Shown: positions 1 through 7,789, counted from the first letter of the stretch. The stretch is DNA of 64,000 nt from Candidatus Parcubacteria bacterium (GCA_019347895.1 JAHWKM010000002.1:8565-72564); one strand, 5' to 3'. Notes: generated from the letters alone by a model not told the origin. Translations and numbers: made by a program.

Positions 1-277
1 TGGGCACAAAACATACGTCGCAGGTGGTAAGTGCCTCATAAAAAAATAAAGCGCTCGTTGCCTTGCCGAAAATATATGAAGAGGGCAGTATCTCTCCCGG
101 CACGTGGTAAACAACGATCTGCTCGTCTCCTTGGGCGGAAATACTATAGACCCTTACGATACCACCCACTAAAATGCAGGCTGAGCGAGGCACCTCGCCC
201 TGGTAGTATATGGTCGATCCGGCGTAATATTTGCGTTTTATAGAATTTTCTAAAAGCGGCTGCAGATATTGAAGCAT
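1..277 (-). CDS. Crp/Fnr-family cyclic-nucleotide-binding regulator, N-terminal part (runs off the window start)
   Basis: Not in ORF track because it is open to the window edge. Reverse-strand ATG at 277-275 preceded by AAGAGG. Translation MLQYLQPLLENSIKRKYYAGSTIYYQGEVPRSACILVGGIVRVYSISAQGDEQIVVYHVPGEILP shows a cNMP-binding beta-roll pattern. Confidence 0.55.
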   Translation of the reverse strand, partial: MLQYLQPLLENSIKRKYYAGSTIYYQGEVPRSACILVGGIVRVYSISAQGDEQIVVYHVPGEILPSSYIFGKATSALFFYEALTTCDVCFVP

Positions 278-344
278 ACGCCTCTTTCTTTAAATTTAAT
301 GGTGATTTAAGCTACCTCTATTTTAGGTTATTAATGGTTTGAGC

Positions 345-384
345 GTGTAATTTATTTTACACCTAGAGTGTAAACATATTTACA
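345..384. promoter_or_regulatory. Two tandem palindromes, GTGTAA-N6-TTACAC (345-362) and GTGTAA-N6-TTACA (368-384); candidate Crp/Fnr-type operators
   Basis: Read directly. Centres are ~23 nt apart, in the divergent region between the Crp/Fnr-like gene (start 277) and the 441 ORF. Resembles the TGTGA-N6-TCACA class of sites. Confidence 0.4.
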
Positions 385-440
385 GATTATATATTTTTTC
401 CGTCATATGCTTGAGGTTAGTGAATGAAGGAGGAGGGTCA

Positions 441-578
441 ATGAGCAAACAACCAAGTGATTTAGATAATAGGATAGACAACTTTATGGCGAGAAAAGCT
501 CGTCAGCATCCTGATCTTAGATTAACGATTCGCGAAGAAGATTTAGAAGTTAATAATGTAAGGGGAGCTATAAAATGA
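441..578 (+). CDS. Small hypothetical protein (45 aa, MSKQPSDLDNRIDNFMARKARQHPDLRLTIREEDLEVNNVRGAIK)
   Basis: Below the ORF-track size cutoff. AGGAGG lies 6 nt upstream of the ATG. Its stop overlaps the next start (ATGA at 575-578), suggesting translational coupling. Confidence 0.4.
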   Translation: MSKQPSDLDNRIDNFMARKARQHPDLRLTIREEDLEVNNVRGAIK

Positions 579-835
579 GTATAATTGTGTGGATTATATT
601 CGGCGGTTTAGTCGGATGGATAGCATCAATAATAATGAAAACTAACGCGCAGCAAGGAATAATAGCTAATATCGTAGTAGGTATTGTAGGAGCGCTGTTA
701 GGCGGATTCTTAGCACAGGCTCTCGGTATAGGAGCAGTGACCGGCTTTAATATAATGAGCTTTATTATTGCCCTGATGGGCGCGGTCATTCTCTTGGGTA
801 TAGTCAGAATGTTTACAGGCTCAAGGCAGTTATAA
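575..835 (+). CDS. GlsB/YeaQ/YmgE-family (transglycosylase-associated) small membrane protein
   Basis: 86 aa with three hydrophobic Gly-rich helices. The N-terminus IIVWIIFGGLVGWIASIIM is typical of this family. Confidence 0.8.
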   Translation: MSIIVWIIFGGLVGWIASIIMKTNAQQGIIANIVVGIVGALLGGFLAQALGIGAVTGFNIMSFIIALMGAVILLGIVRMFTGSRQL

Positions 836-952
836 AAAAGCGTTTAGCAAGCGTAATATAGTTAACTGCATCTTATGAATATTTCTTATACACTTGTGTT
901 GTTATGGTGACAGGAGGAGAAAAGCGGCGACAAGAGAACGAACGAGGTAATT

Positions 953-1198
953 ATGAAACGAGAAGTTAAGAGAATCAGCAGAAGCAAAAGGGACAGCCAG
1001 TCGGAATATACGGTAGATGACTCGGTGAGTTTGCAAAGCAGCGAGATAGAAGCCAGCCAGAGTATAATTGACGGGCTAAATGACTTTAGCGACGCCTTAA
1101 CCGCCAGGGATGATTCCTTTCACTGCGACCGCAGAACGATATGGGGCGATAAAATTTCCATACGCCTGGTAAGAAAAACTACTGCCGGTCGAACGTAA
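953..1198 (+). CDS. Hypothetical protein (81 aa)
   Basis: ORF with GAGG 6 nt upstream of the ATG. No recognisable motif. Confidence 0.4.
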   Translation: MKREVKRISRSKRDSQSEYTVDDSVSLQSSEIEASQSIIDGLNDFSDALTARDDSFHCDRRTIWGDKISIRLVRKTTAGRT

Positions 1199-1235
1199 AA
1201 GTCTTAAAAATTATCTTGGCGCGGCAGCCACCAAT

Positions 1236-1811
1236 ATGAGACTTCCATGGCCATCGGATAAAAAACTAAAAAAGATTAATGCTGTCTTGCTGGTTTTAAT
1301 TATTCTGATTAATGGATACGTTATTTTGGTGCCGTTTTGGCCGAATGTGGAATATACCTTCGAGACCAAAATTACCCAACCGGTCAAGGCCGAGTTTGCC
1401 GATATCGACCGTTCCTCAAACCGGTTGATAATTCCCAAGCTCCAGCTGGAAGAAAAAATCCTGGAAAATCGCGATGCCAGCGTACTAGACGATGGGATTT
1501 GGCGCCGGCCAAATGCAAGCACGCCGGATAAGGAGAGTAATACGGTAATTGTCGGACACCGCTTTACATACAACAGCAAACCGCCGTTTTACCACCTGGA
1601 CAAATTAAGCGTGAATGATCAGATCATTGTGGTTTATGATGCTAAATTATATATATACAAGGTTTCGCAGCGGCGAATTACCCATCCCAATGATCAAACC
1701 GTCGAAGCGGCCAGCCAGCAGCCCAGACTGACTGTATACACCTGCGATCCGCTATGGACGGCTGAAAACCGCTTGGTCTATACGTCTGATTTGGAAAGGG
1801 TTATAGAATGA
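1236..1811 (+). CDS. Sortase-family transpeptidase
   Basis: N-terminal TM helix, catalytic His context VIVGHRF, TLxTC-type Cys motif LTVYTCDP, downstream Arg (ENRLVY). Confidence 0.85.
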   Translation: MRLPWPSDKKLKKINAVLLVLIILINGYVILVPFWPNVEYTFETKITQPVKAEFADIDRSSNRLIIPKLQLEEKILENRDASVLDDGIWRRPNASTPDKESNTVIVGHRFTYNSKPPFYHLDKLSVNDQIIVVYDAKLYIYKVSQRRITHPNDQTVEAASQQPRLTVYTCDPLWTAENRLVYTSDLERVIE

Positions 1812-1921
1812 ACCAGCGCAAAAAATTTGTATTATTGATAATAATTTTGATTTTAAGCATCGCCTTATTTATAAATGTAACGAACGAAATTAACCAAAGC
1901 TTCCTGGATCAGTTCAAATAG
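1808..1921 (+). CDS. Small membrane protein (37 aa, MNQRKKFVLLIIILILSIALFINVTNEINQSFLDQFK)
   Basis: ATGA overlap with the sortase stop. One clear TM helix. Below the ORF-track cutoff. Confidence 0.35.
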   Translation: MNQRKKFVLLIIILILSIALFINVTNEINQSFLDQFK

Positions 1922-1952
1922 ACTAAAATTAAACCCATGATCACAACCTACG

Positions 1953-2106
1953 CACTTGAGTGCTCAGTACATTTTCTAAACGAGCAACGGACCAAGTTGT
2001 ACAAAAGGTACTACTTGGGAGTAGCGCAGATTAAAAATGTGCTGGGTGCCAAGAACGCCTTGCAAAGTTGGGCTTTGCTCAACTTGGGAAGGCGTGGTGC
2101 GTAGTT
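1953..2106 (+). repeat. Family C structured 5' leader, copy 1 (ends at the dapB start codon)
   Basis: Alignable with 18340-18482, 58120-58189 and the reverse strand of 63882-64000. Helices CAGTACATTTT/AAAATGTGCTG and CCAAGTTGTAC/GTACTACTTGG. Contains a REP-like hairpin at 2058-2080. Confidence 0.6.
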
Positions 2107-2781
2107 GTGAAGATCAAAATTGGTTTGCTTGGAGCTGGCAGGACGGGCGGAAGAGTTATTGATATTTACGGCGCGGAAAATATCACGGCATACGACGAAA
2201 ACAACCCGCCGACACTGGAGTCACTCAAACAAAACGACGCGCTGATTTCTTTTTTACCGGGTCCGGCTGTGCTGGAATATATAGATATGATTATGGAATC
2301 CAAAGTTCCGCTGGCTAGCGGCAGCACTGGATTTGAATGGCCCGATGATACAGACTTCAGACTAAAAGAAATAGGCATTGCCTGGATAACGGCCTCAAAT
2401 TTCAGTTTGGGCATGAACTTGGTACGCGGCATGATAAATGTGCTGGGCAAAGCATCTGAGCTTTTTGACGATTACCAGTTTAAACTGCACGAAATTCACC
2501 ATATACACAAAAAAGACCATCCCAGCGGCACTGCGCTGTCCTGGGAGAAATGGCTAGGCCAGCCGGTGCAGTTCAGCCACGAGAGGGAGGGCGACAACCC
2601 GGGCGACCACAAATTGACCCTATCTACAGAGTACGAAGACATAACGATCCAGCACCAGGCCAAAGACAGGAAAGTCTTTGCTCAGGGTGCCCTCTGGACC
2701 GCCGAAAAACTAGCCCGCGGCGAAGTGCCACCCGGCCTCCACCACCTAAGCGACATAATGCAAAAAGAACTAGACTTATAA
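2068..2781 (+). CDS. dapB: 4-hydroxy-tetrahydrodipicolinate reductase (DapB); true start probably GTG at 2107
   Basis: IGLLGAGRTGG nucleotide-binding N-terminus and the EIHHIHKKDHPSGTAL signature. The region 2068-2106 is part of the conserved family C leader. Confidence 0.85.
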   Translation: MGFAQLGKAWCVVVKIKIGLLGAGRTGGRVIDIYGAENITAYDENNPPTLESLKQNDALISFLPGPAVLEYIDMIMESKVPLASGSTGFEWPDDTDFRLKEIGIAWITASNFSLGMNLVRGMINVLGKASELFDDYQFKLHEIHHIHKKDHPSGTALSWEKWLGQPVQFSHEREGDNPGDHKLTLSTEYEDITIQHQAKDRKVFAQGALWTAEKLARGEVPPGLHHLSDIMQKELDL

Positions 2782-2809
2782 TTTTTAAAAATTTTTCTAT
2801 AAAAAAGAT

Positions 2810-3781
2810 ATGAAGTTTATTAGTCTTACCGATCCAACAGATATAGTCTCCTTTGAGCAAGCTCTGACGCGAGGTATAGCACTCAATAGCGGGTTGTATC
2901 TTCCAGAGCATGTCCCCAGGCTAACGGAACAGCAAATTAATAGTATGGTTGGAGCTGGACGTCAGGAAATCGCCCGTACTATGTTGTCACCGTGGCTGCA
3001 GGATGAAATTCCGCCAGATGACCTTGATGGGATAATCGCCGAAGCTTCAACTTTCGACACGCCTGTTATACAAGTTGGGGATAAACAAGTATTGGAATTG
3101 TTCCGCGGCCCTACTATGGCCTTTAAGGACATAGCTGCCCGCTATCTGGCGGCCCTAATAAGTTATTTCAATCGTAAGGCCGACCGGCATTCTACCGTAT
3201 TGGTTGCTACCAGCGGTGATACAGGAGGCGCTATTGCTCACGGTTTTGGTGATGTCGAGCGCGTGCGAGTGGTAGTACTTTATCCGAAAGACCGCGTTAG
3301 CAAACTACAAAAAGAACAGCTGAGACGGGTAGCAGACAACGTCTGGACACTGGAAATCGAAGGTAGTTTTGATGATTGCCAGCAAATGGTAAAGCAGGCG
3401 CTCGGGGATCAAGAGCTGTCAGCTAATCTCCATCTTACATCAGCCAATTCTATAAGTATGGGCCGCCTGTTACCTCAGATGATATATTACGCTTACGCGT
3501 ATGGCCAAATAAACGACAGAGCGATTCGTTTCGTAGTGCCCAGCGGTAATTTAGGCAATCTTACCGGTTGTGTTCTGGCCCGCGCTATGGGTGTGCCTAT
3601 TGATAGTTTCCTGGCTGCCAACAATGCCAACGATGCTCTTTACCGATATCTCATGAGCGGAAAATACGAACCTCGTGAGACGATCCAAACCCTTTCAAGT
3701 GCCATGGACATTGGCGCACCGAACAACTTAACACGACTCATAAAATTATTCCGTTATTTGACAAGAATTACTTTTATGTGA
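2810..3781 (+). pseudogene. thrC: Threonine synthase, C-terminally truncated (~95 aa missing compared with E. coli-type ThrC)
   Basis: Collinear with E. coli-type ThrC (FRGPTMAFKD PLP-Lys motif, ATSGDTGGA, SANSISMGRLLPQ) up to SSAMDIGAPNNLTRLIKLF, then 9 unrelated codons and a stop. The next gene starts 59 nt later on the other strand. Confidence 0.65.
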
Positions 3782-3839
3782 TATAATTAGAAATTATGCT
3801 TGCATCACCTCTTGAAATCAATGCGGGATCCGCTTCCAG

Positions 3840-4961
3840 CTAATTAAAACCCTCAAGGAAATTAGTAATGTCAGCGCGTTGTAGGTCTATGTTTTCGAGG
3901 CCGGAGTGGAAGCGGATTATTGTATTTTGGGGTGGGGAAAAGCGATTGCTCAGTTCTTCGGGCTGAAAGGGGAGAATCAGGCTTCGCGTGCCGCCCCAGG
4001 ATTTGCCAATTTTAAATGTTTCCATTGTCTTGAAGGCTTTGTCCAGTTCTGCGTCGTTGTAACGGCGATCAAGCTCGATACTAAATAAGCCGTTAGATCC
4101 GCTAAGACTGCCGTTAATTTTTGAGCCGGCACGATAAATCTTTGAAATTTTAGGGTGGTTAGCTATGACCCGCGTCAGTTGATCGGCTTTGGCGCCATGT
4201 GCCGCCATTCGCACATTCAAACTTTCCAGTCCGCGGCTAACTAGCATAGCTGAAAATGGTGATACGCCGTAGCCAAAAACACGGTGGTAATAACTAAATC
4301 GCTTGAACAATTCAAGATTTTTGCAAGTCAGTGAACCCATGAAAACATCACTGTAGCCGGCCGGATACTTGGTCAGGCCTAGAATACTAATATCAATCCC
4401 ATGGGCAAGGGGTTGATACAATATTCCAGAGGCCCAGGTATTATCGGCTGAAGTCAAAATATCTTTGGCTTTAGCCAGTTTGACAAGTCCGTCAACATCA
4501 GTTTCTTCAAACGTAACTGAAACCGGTGTTTCTATGTGAATCAGCTTCGTTTCAGCTTTTATCAGAGAGGCTACGGAGTTAATTGAAGTCGGATCATAAT
4601 AATCGCAGCTAATGCCGTAATGCTTATGCATAAAATCGGCATAGCGACGCGTCGGACCATACACGCTGTCGGGCAAAAGCCAGTGATCGCCGGAACTAAG
4701 CAACGCTCCCACAGAAGTTAGCGCACTTAGTCCGCTCGGAAATAATAACGTATGAGTACCGTTCTCCAGCTCGGATACTGAATCCTGAAGCTTTTGGATC
4801 GTAGGATTACCTTGCAAGCCATACCCATTATCAACGTTTTCAACTGTCTGCCCAGGTAGTACGCGTTGGCCCTGGCCGGCAATCCGATAATCCGCCAAAC
4901 TGTCAAAATGCAGACTACTGCTCATATGTATTGAACGTGTAATACCTTCATTTTCATCCAT
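3840..4961 (-). CDS. Cys/Met-metabolism PLP-dependent enzyme (cystathionine beta-lyase/gamma-synthase family)
   Basis: 373 aa. Motifs LLFPSGLSALT, ADNTWASG, and LGLTKYPAGYSDV carrying the PLP-lysine context. Confidence 0.8.
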   Translation of the reverse strand: MDENEGITRSIHMSSSLHFDSLADYRIAGQGQRVLPGQTVENVDNGYGLQGNPTIQKLQDSVSELENGTHTLLFPSGLSALTSVGALLSSGDHWLLPDSVYGPTRRYADFMHKHYGISCDYYDPTSINSVASLIKAETKLIHIETPVSVTFEETDVDGLVKLAKAKDILTSADNTWASGILYQPLAHGIDISILGLTKYPAGYSDVFMGSLTCKNLELFKRFSYYHRVFGYGVSPFSAMLVSRGLESLNVRMAAHGAKADQLTRVIANHPKISKIYRAGSKINGSLSGSNGLFSIELDRRYNDAELDKAFKTMETFKIGKSWGGTRSLILPFQPEELSNRFSPPQNTIIRFHSGLENIDLQRADITNFLEGFN

Positions 4962-5147
4962 AAGCTTTAGCCTACCATAAGGATTAGATTACCTCTAGCT
5001 TAAATCGCATCGGTAATATACTAATGGTTTTTGTTTCTTACTTATCAATTGCTTACCTGTACCTAAGTAGTACCCTTTAATAAAGAATACAGCAAAAGCG
5101 GTAGACATTAGCCAAATATGCTATTATTGATTAATTAACAATTTATA

Positions 5148-5296
5148 AATATTAAGAGCGCAGCGAGAGAACTAGCTCGAGGACCTGCCAGCAACCTGTT
5201 TCTATAATGAGATGGTGGTGCTCCGTCTAGTCCCGTACAAGGGAAAGATATTGTAATAATTTTACGATCCTTTCTCTATTATCCGGGGAAGGATAT
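5148..5296 (+). promoter_or_regulatory. SAM-I (S-box)-like riboswitch (aptamer about 5148-5252) with an SD-sequestering hairpin (5266-5294)
   Basis: P1 AATATT/GATATT, AAGAG, P2 GCAG-CGAG..CUCG-AGGAC-CUGC, conserved CAGCAACC, P3 hairpin, GGUGCU, P4 UCCC..GGGA, AAGAUAUU. ATCCTT..AAGGAT pairs over the GGGGAAGGA SD just before the ATG at 5301. The downstream gene is a Met-pathway enzyme. Confidence 0.6.
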
Positions 5297-5300
5297 TTTT

Positions 5301-6481
5301 ATGTCGAAACAGCAAGATAATGAGTTAGGGATCGGAACCAGACTAGTTCACGGGGGGCAACCGGCAGATCCCATCACTGGTGCAGTTGCACCGGTATTGA
5401 TCCGTAGCAAAACTTTTCAACAGCCGACTTTTGGTGTTGAGTCAAAATGGCAATACTCCAGAGGTAAGAATCCTACCCGTAGTATCCTGGAACGTCGGCT
5501 TGAAAGCCTGGCAGGAGACGGAAAAGCCACTGTATTCGGATCTGGCGATGCCGCTACCACTATGTTCCTCCTTACCCTCAAACCCGGTGATCATTTAATC
5601 TGTTGCCGCGAGTTATATGGGGGTACCATTCGTTTGCTGAATCAGCTTTTCGCGGACTTCGGAATCCGGGCTTCATATGTTGACATTGAGGATATCGAAG
5701 CCGTAAAAAAAGTGCAAACTCCCGAAACGGTAGCAATCTGGACGGAAAGTCCTACTAATCCAAAGCTGGGTGTTATTGACTTGACTAAAGTCGGCAATAT
5801 CGCCCGTAAGCTGAGACTTAGATTTATTGTTGATCTGACATTTGCCCCCCCTGTACGACGGACCCGTTCGAATACGGAGCTGAAACGGTTGTCTATAGCC
5901 TGAGTAAGTATTTCGCTGGGCACAATGATGTCATCGGAGGAGCAATCATAACCAAAAATCAGTCGTTGTACGACAGGCTATGTTGGTTGCAATGGTCGGT
6001 TGGAGCAGTGTTATCACCAGATGAGTGCTACCGTGCCATACAAGAACTTAAAACCCTGGAGCTGCGATGGAAACGAACCAGCGAATCTGCCCAAGCAATA
6101 GCCGAACATTTGAATATTCATGATCAGATTCAGGCCGTTTATTACCCGGGCCTACCCGGCCATACAGGCCATGACGTCGTCAAGAAACAAATGAAAAATG
6201 GTTTTGGCAGTGTTCTGGCCTTTGACCTTATGTCCGTTGATACAAGCTTAATGGCAAAATTTGTATCTAGTCTCCAAGAAAGCCAGTTAGTCGTATTCGG
6301 CGAAAGCTTAGGGAGTCCCGAAACTATACTTGCCCATCCGGTCACCATGGGTCACCGAAGCCTAACTCAGGCACATCTGGATGAGCTAAAAATAGGTAAT
6401 AATCTCTTTAGGCTTAGTGTGGGTTTTGAGGAACCCGCAGATATTATTCGCGTGCTTGATCAAGCATTAGATATTTTTTAG
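5301..6481 (+). pseudogene. Cystathionine gamma-synthase/lyase-family PLP enzyme, disrupted by a 1-nt frameshift in a C7 tract (5845-5851)
   Basis: ORFs 5301-5903 and 5966-6481 are the N- and C-terminal parts of one enzyme. Adding one C gives ...IVDLTFAPPCTTDPFEYGAETVVYSLSKYFAGHNDV..., restoring the SxSKY PLP-Lys motif. Confidence 0.75.
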
Positions 6482-6532
6482 CTATATGCGGGCGTCTAAA
6501 TTTTAAAAGATTGTTCCTCTCCTATGAGTATC

Positions 6533-6612
6533 TCCGAAAAAACTGGCCGCGGCGAAGTAAGACCGCCTCCACCACCTAAGCGACATAATGCAAAAAGAAC
6601 TCGGTTTATAAA
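6533..6612 (+). repeat. Duplicate of the dapB 3' end (compare 2701-2781), including the stop codon
   Basis: 36-nt perfect core CCTCCACCACCTAAGCGACATAATGCAAAAAGAACT at 2736-2771 and 6566-6601, with diverged flanks that still align. Confidence 0.85.
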
Positions 6613-6658
6613 ACTTTTTAAATAAGCCATTTCAACCGGACATTCCATGTCCGCTCAA

Positions 6659-6867
6659 CCAATATTTTTGAGTCAGCAAAAATATTGGATAAAAACTGAC
6701 AGGCGGCTTCCAGTTCTTGAGGAGTTCATTGTCAAAGGTCACAATGCTCGGAAAACTCAGCTTGCCCTTTATTAATTTTTAGCCTCGGCAAGCTTCAGAC
6801 ACTTCCTCGCGAGAAATTGTGCTTTTGACATTCACTCATCAGGAACTTCCAGAGCCTGAACAAAAGC
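6659..6867 (+). repeat. Family B structured repeat, copy 1 (diverged)
   Basis: Same helix layout as 53155-53390 and the reverse strands of 26090-26347 and 50230-50477. Hairpin CCAATATTTTTG..CAAAAATATTGG. Closing pairs CAGGC/GCCTG and AGTTC/GAACT replace TGGGC/GCCCA and CCGTC/GACGG. Confidence 0.6.
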
Positions 6868-6904
6868 TGAATCGAAAAGGCTTGCTTTTCGATAATCAAG
6901 ATTT

Positions 6905-7181
6905 GAGAAATTCAAGAATTTCTCATCCTATTTTGGCCAGCATTGATAAAACCGATTGAGGCGAATCAGCTTGGCTCGAATGGCTGATGCGAAACTAAGT
7001 CCTGTTCGCTCCTTGGATAAAATAGAACAGGACCGACCGAAGGGAGTCTTTCGCATCACGAGACAAGGTGGTATTTCGATTCAGTCGTGTTTTAGCACTT
7101 GCTGTCTGCTTTTTCGGTTCCTTTTTTTAGACAAAAAAGGAAATCGCTTGGAGCCATGAAAGGGCTGCGAAATGGCTTTTT
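6905..7181 (+). repeat. Family A structured repeat/candidate ncRNA, copy 1 (junction hairpin, core, terminator-like end)
   Basis: About 90% identical to the reverse strand of 22104-22406 and alignable with 53421-53712. Helices GATGCGAAA/TTTCGCATC and GTCCTGTTC/GAACAGGAC. AGCCAT..ATGGCT plus a T-run at 7152-7181. Confidence 0.65.
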
Positions 7182-7247
7182 AATATTTAGTTTGCAATAT
7201 CGTAATATTTTTGTTTTCATATAAAATAAATAGAGAGGAGTCAAAAC

Positions 7248-7733
7248 ATGAGCGAGCTAGCTGGATGTGCTGAATTTTCACGCGAGGGCGCTCCCAAGCT
7301 GATAAGCCACACTGCATTTTTTAACATGCGTTTCGCAGATTTAGAAGGTGATTTTGATGCTGCTGTTGCGTCTATAGAAACGGCAGAGGAGGCTTTACTT
7401 TTTTCTGCAGGGCTAGCTAAATTAGAAGAAATGTACGAACGTACCGACTCACAAAATTCCGGCCGTTGCGCTCTAGATATTATAGATGCTAGCCTTGAAA
7501 GGCAACTCGGTCCGGGTGTTTCTAATATAAAAGATATGTGGCGTGGCGCCCTTAGTCATGTGATATTTGGCAAAGAAACTCCCGGTATATGGCAATACCT
7601 TGTTGATGGGACGGATTTTGAAGCAGTAGGCTTAGATGAAACAATTGATTTTTCAAAGCAGGAATATGAGGAGGCAGGCACAGCGTTCAAAAGCGCCAAC
7701 AAAAGATTAGCCGAAGTTTCCGATAGTTTGTAA
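7248..7733 (+). CDS. Hypothetical acidic protein (161 aa)
   Basis: GAGAGGAG upstream of the ATG. No recognisable motif. Confidence 0.5.
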   Translation: MSELAGCAEFSREGAPKLISHTAFFNMRFADLEGDFDAAVASIETAEEALLFSAGLAKLEEMYERTDSQNSGRCALDIIDASLERQLGPGVSNIKDMWRGALSHVIFGKETPGIWQYLVDGTDFEAVGLDETIDFSKQEYEEAGTAFKSANKRLAEVSDSL

Positions 7734-7789
7734 TTTTAACTAACTAACTAACCTTTATTTAATCGATCCTAGCCAATACAATTAACTCT

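Noticed and set aside
31-243. ORF 31-243 (+), a 70-aa basic peptide.
   Set aside because: The opposite strand encodes a convincing Crp/Fnr-type N-terminus with a good SD (start at 277). The plus-strand ORF is a shadow frame.
1953-2106. Lysine riboswitch (L-box) upstream of dapB.
   Set aside because: The sequence lacks the L-box conserved cores. The same element precedes guaA, a receiver gene and tal, which is inconsistent with lysine-specific control.
2040-2106. GGGAAGG/GGAAAGG in family C taken as the Shine-Dalgarno sequence of dapB, the receiver gene and tal.
   Set aside because: It sits 17-20 nt upstream of the start codons, too far for a standard SD. It is more likely part of the conserved leader structure (AACGCCTT/AAGGCGT pairing in copy 1).
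6956-7159. ORF 6956-7159 (+) and ORF 22100-22357 (-) encode nearly identical 'proteins' (MRRISL.RMADAK.SPVRSLDK.EQ.R.KGVFRITRQ...).
   Set aside because: They lie on family A repeat copies and have no SD. The similarity is explained by DNA/RNA-level conservation with compensatory helix changes. The third copy (53421-53712) does not keep the reading frame.
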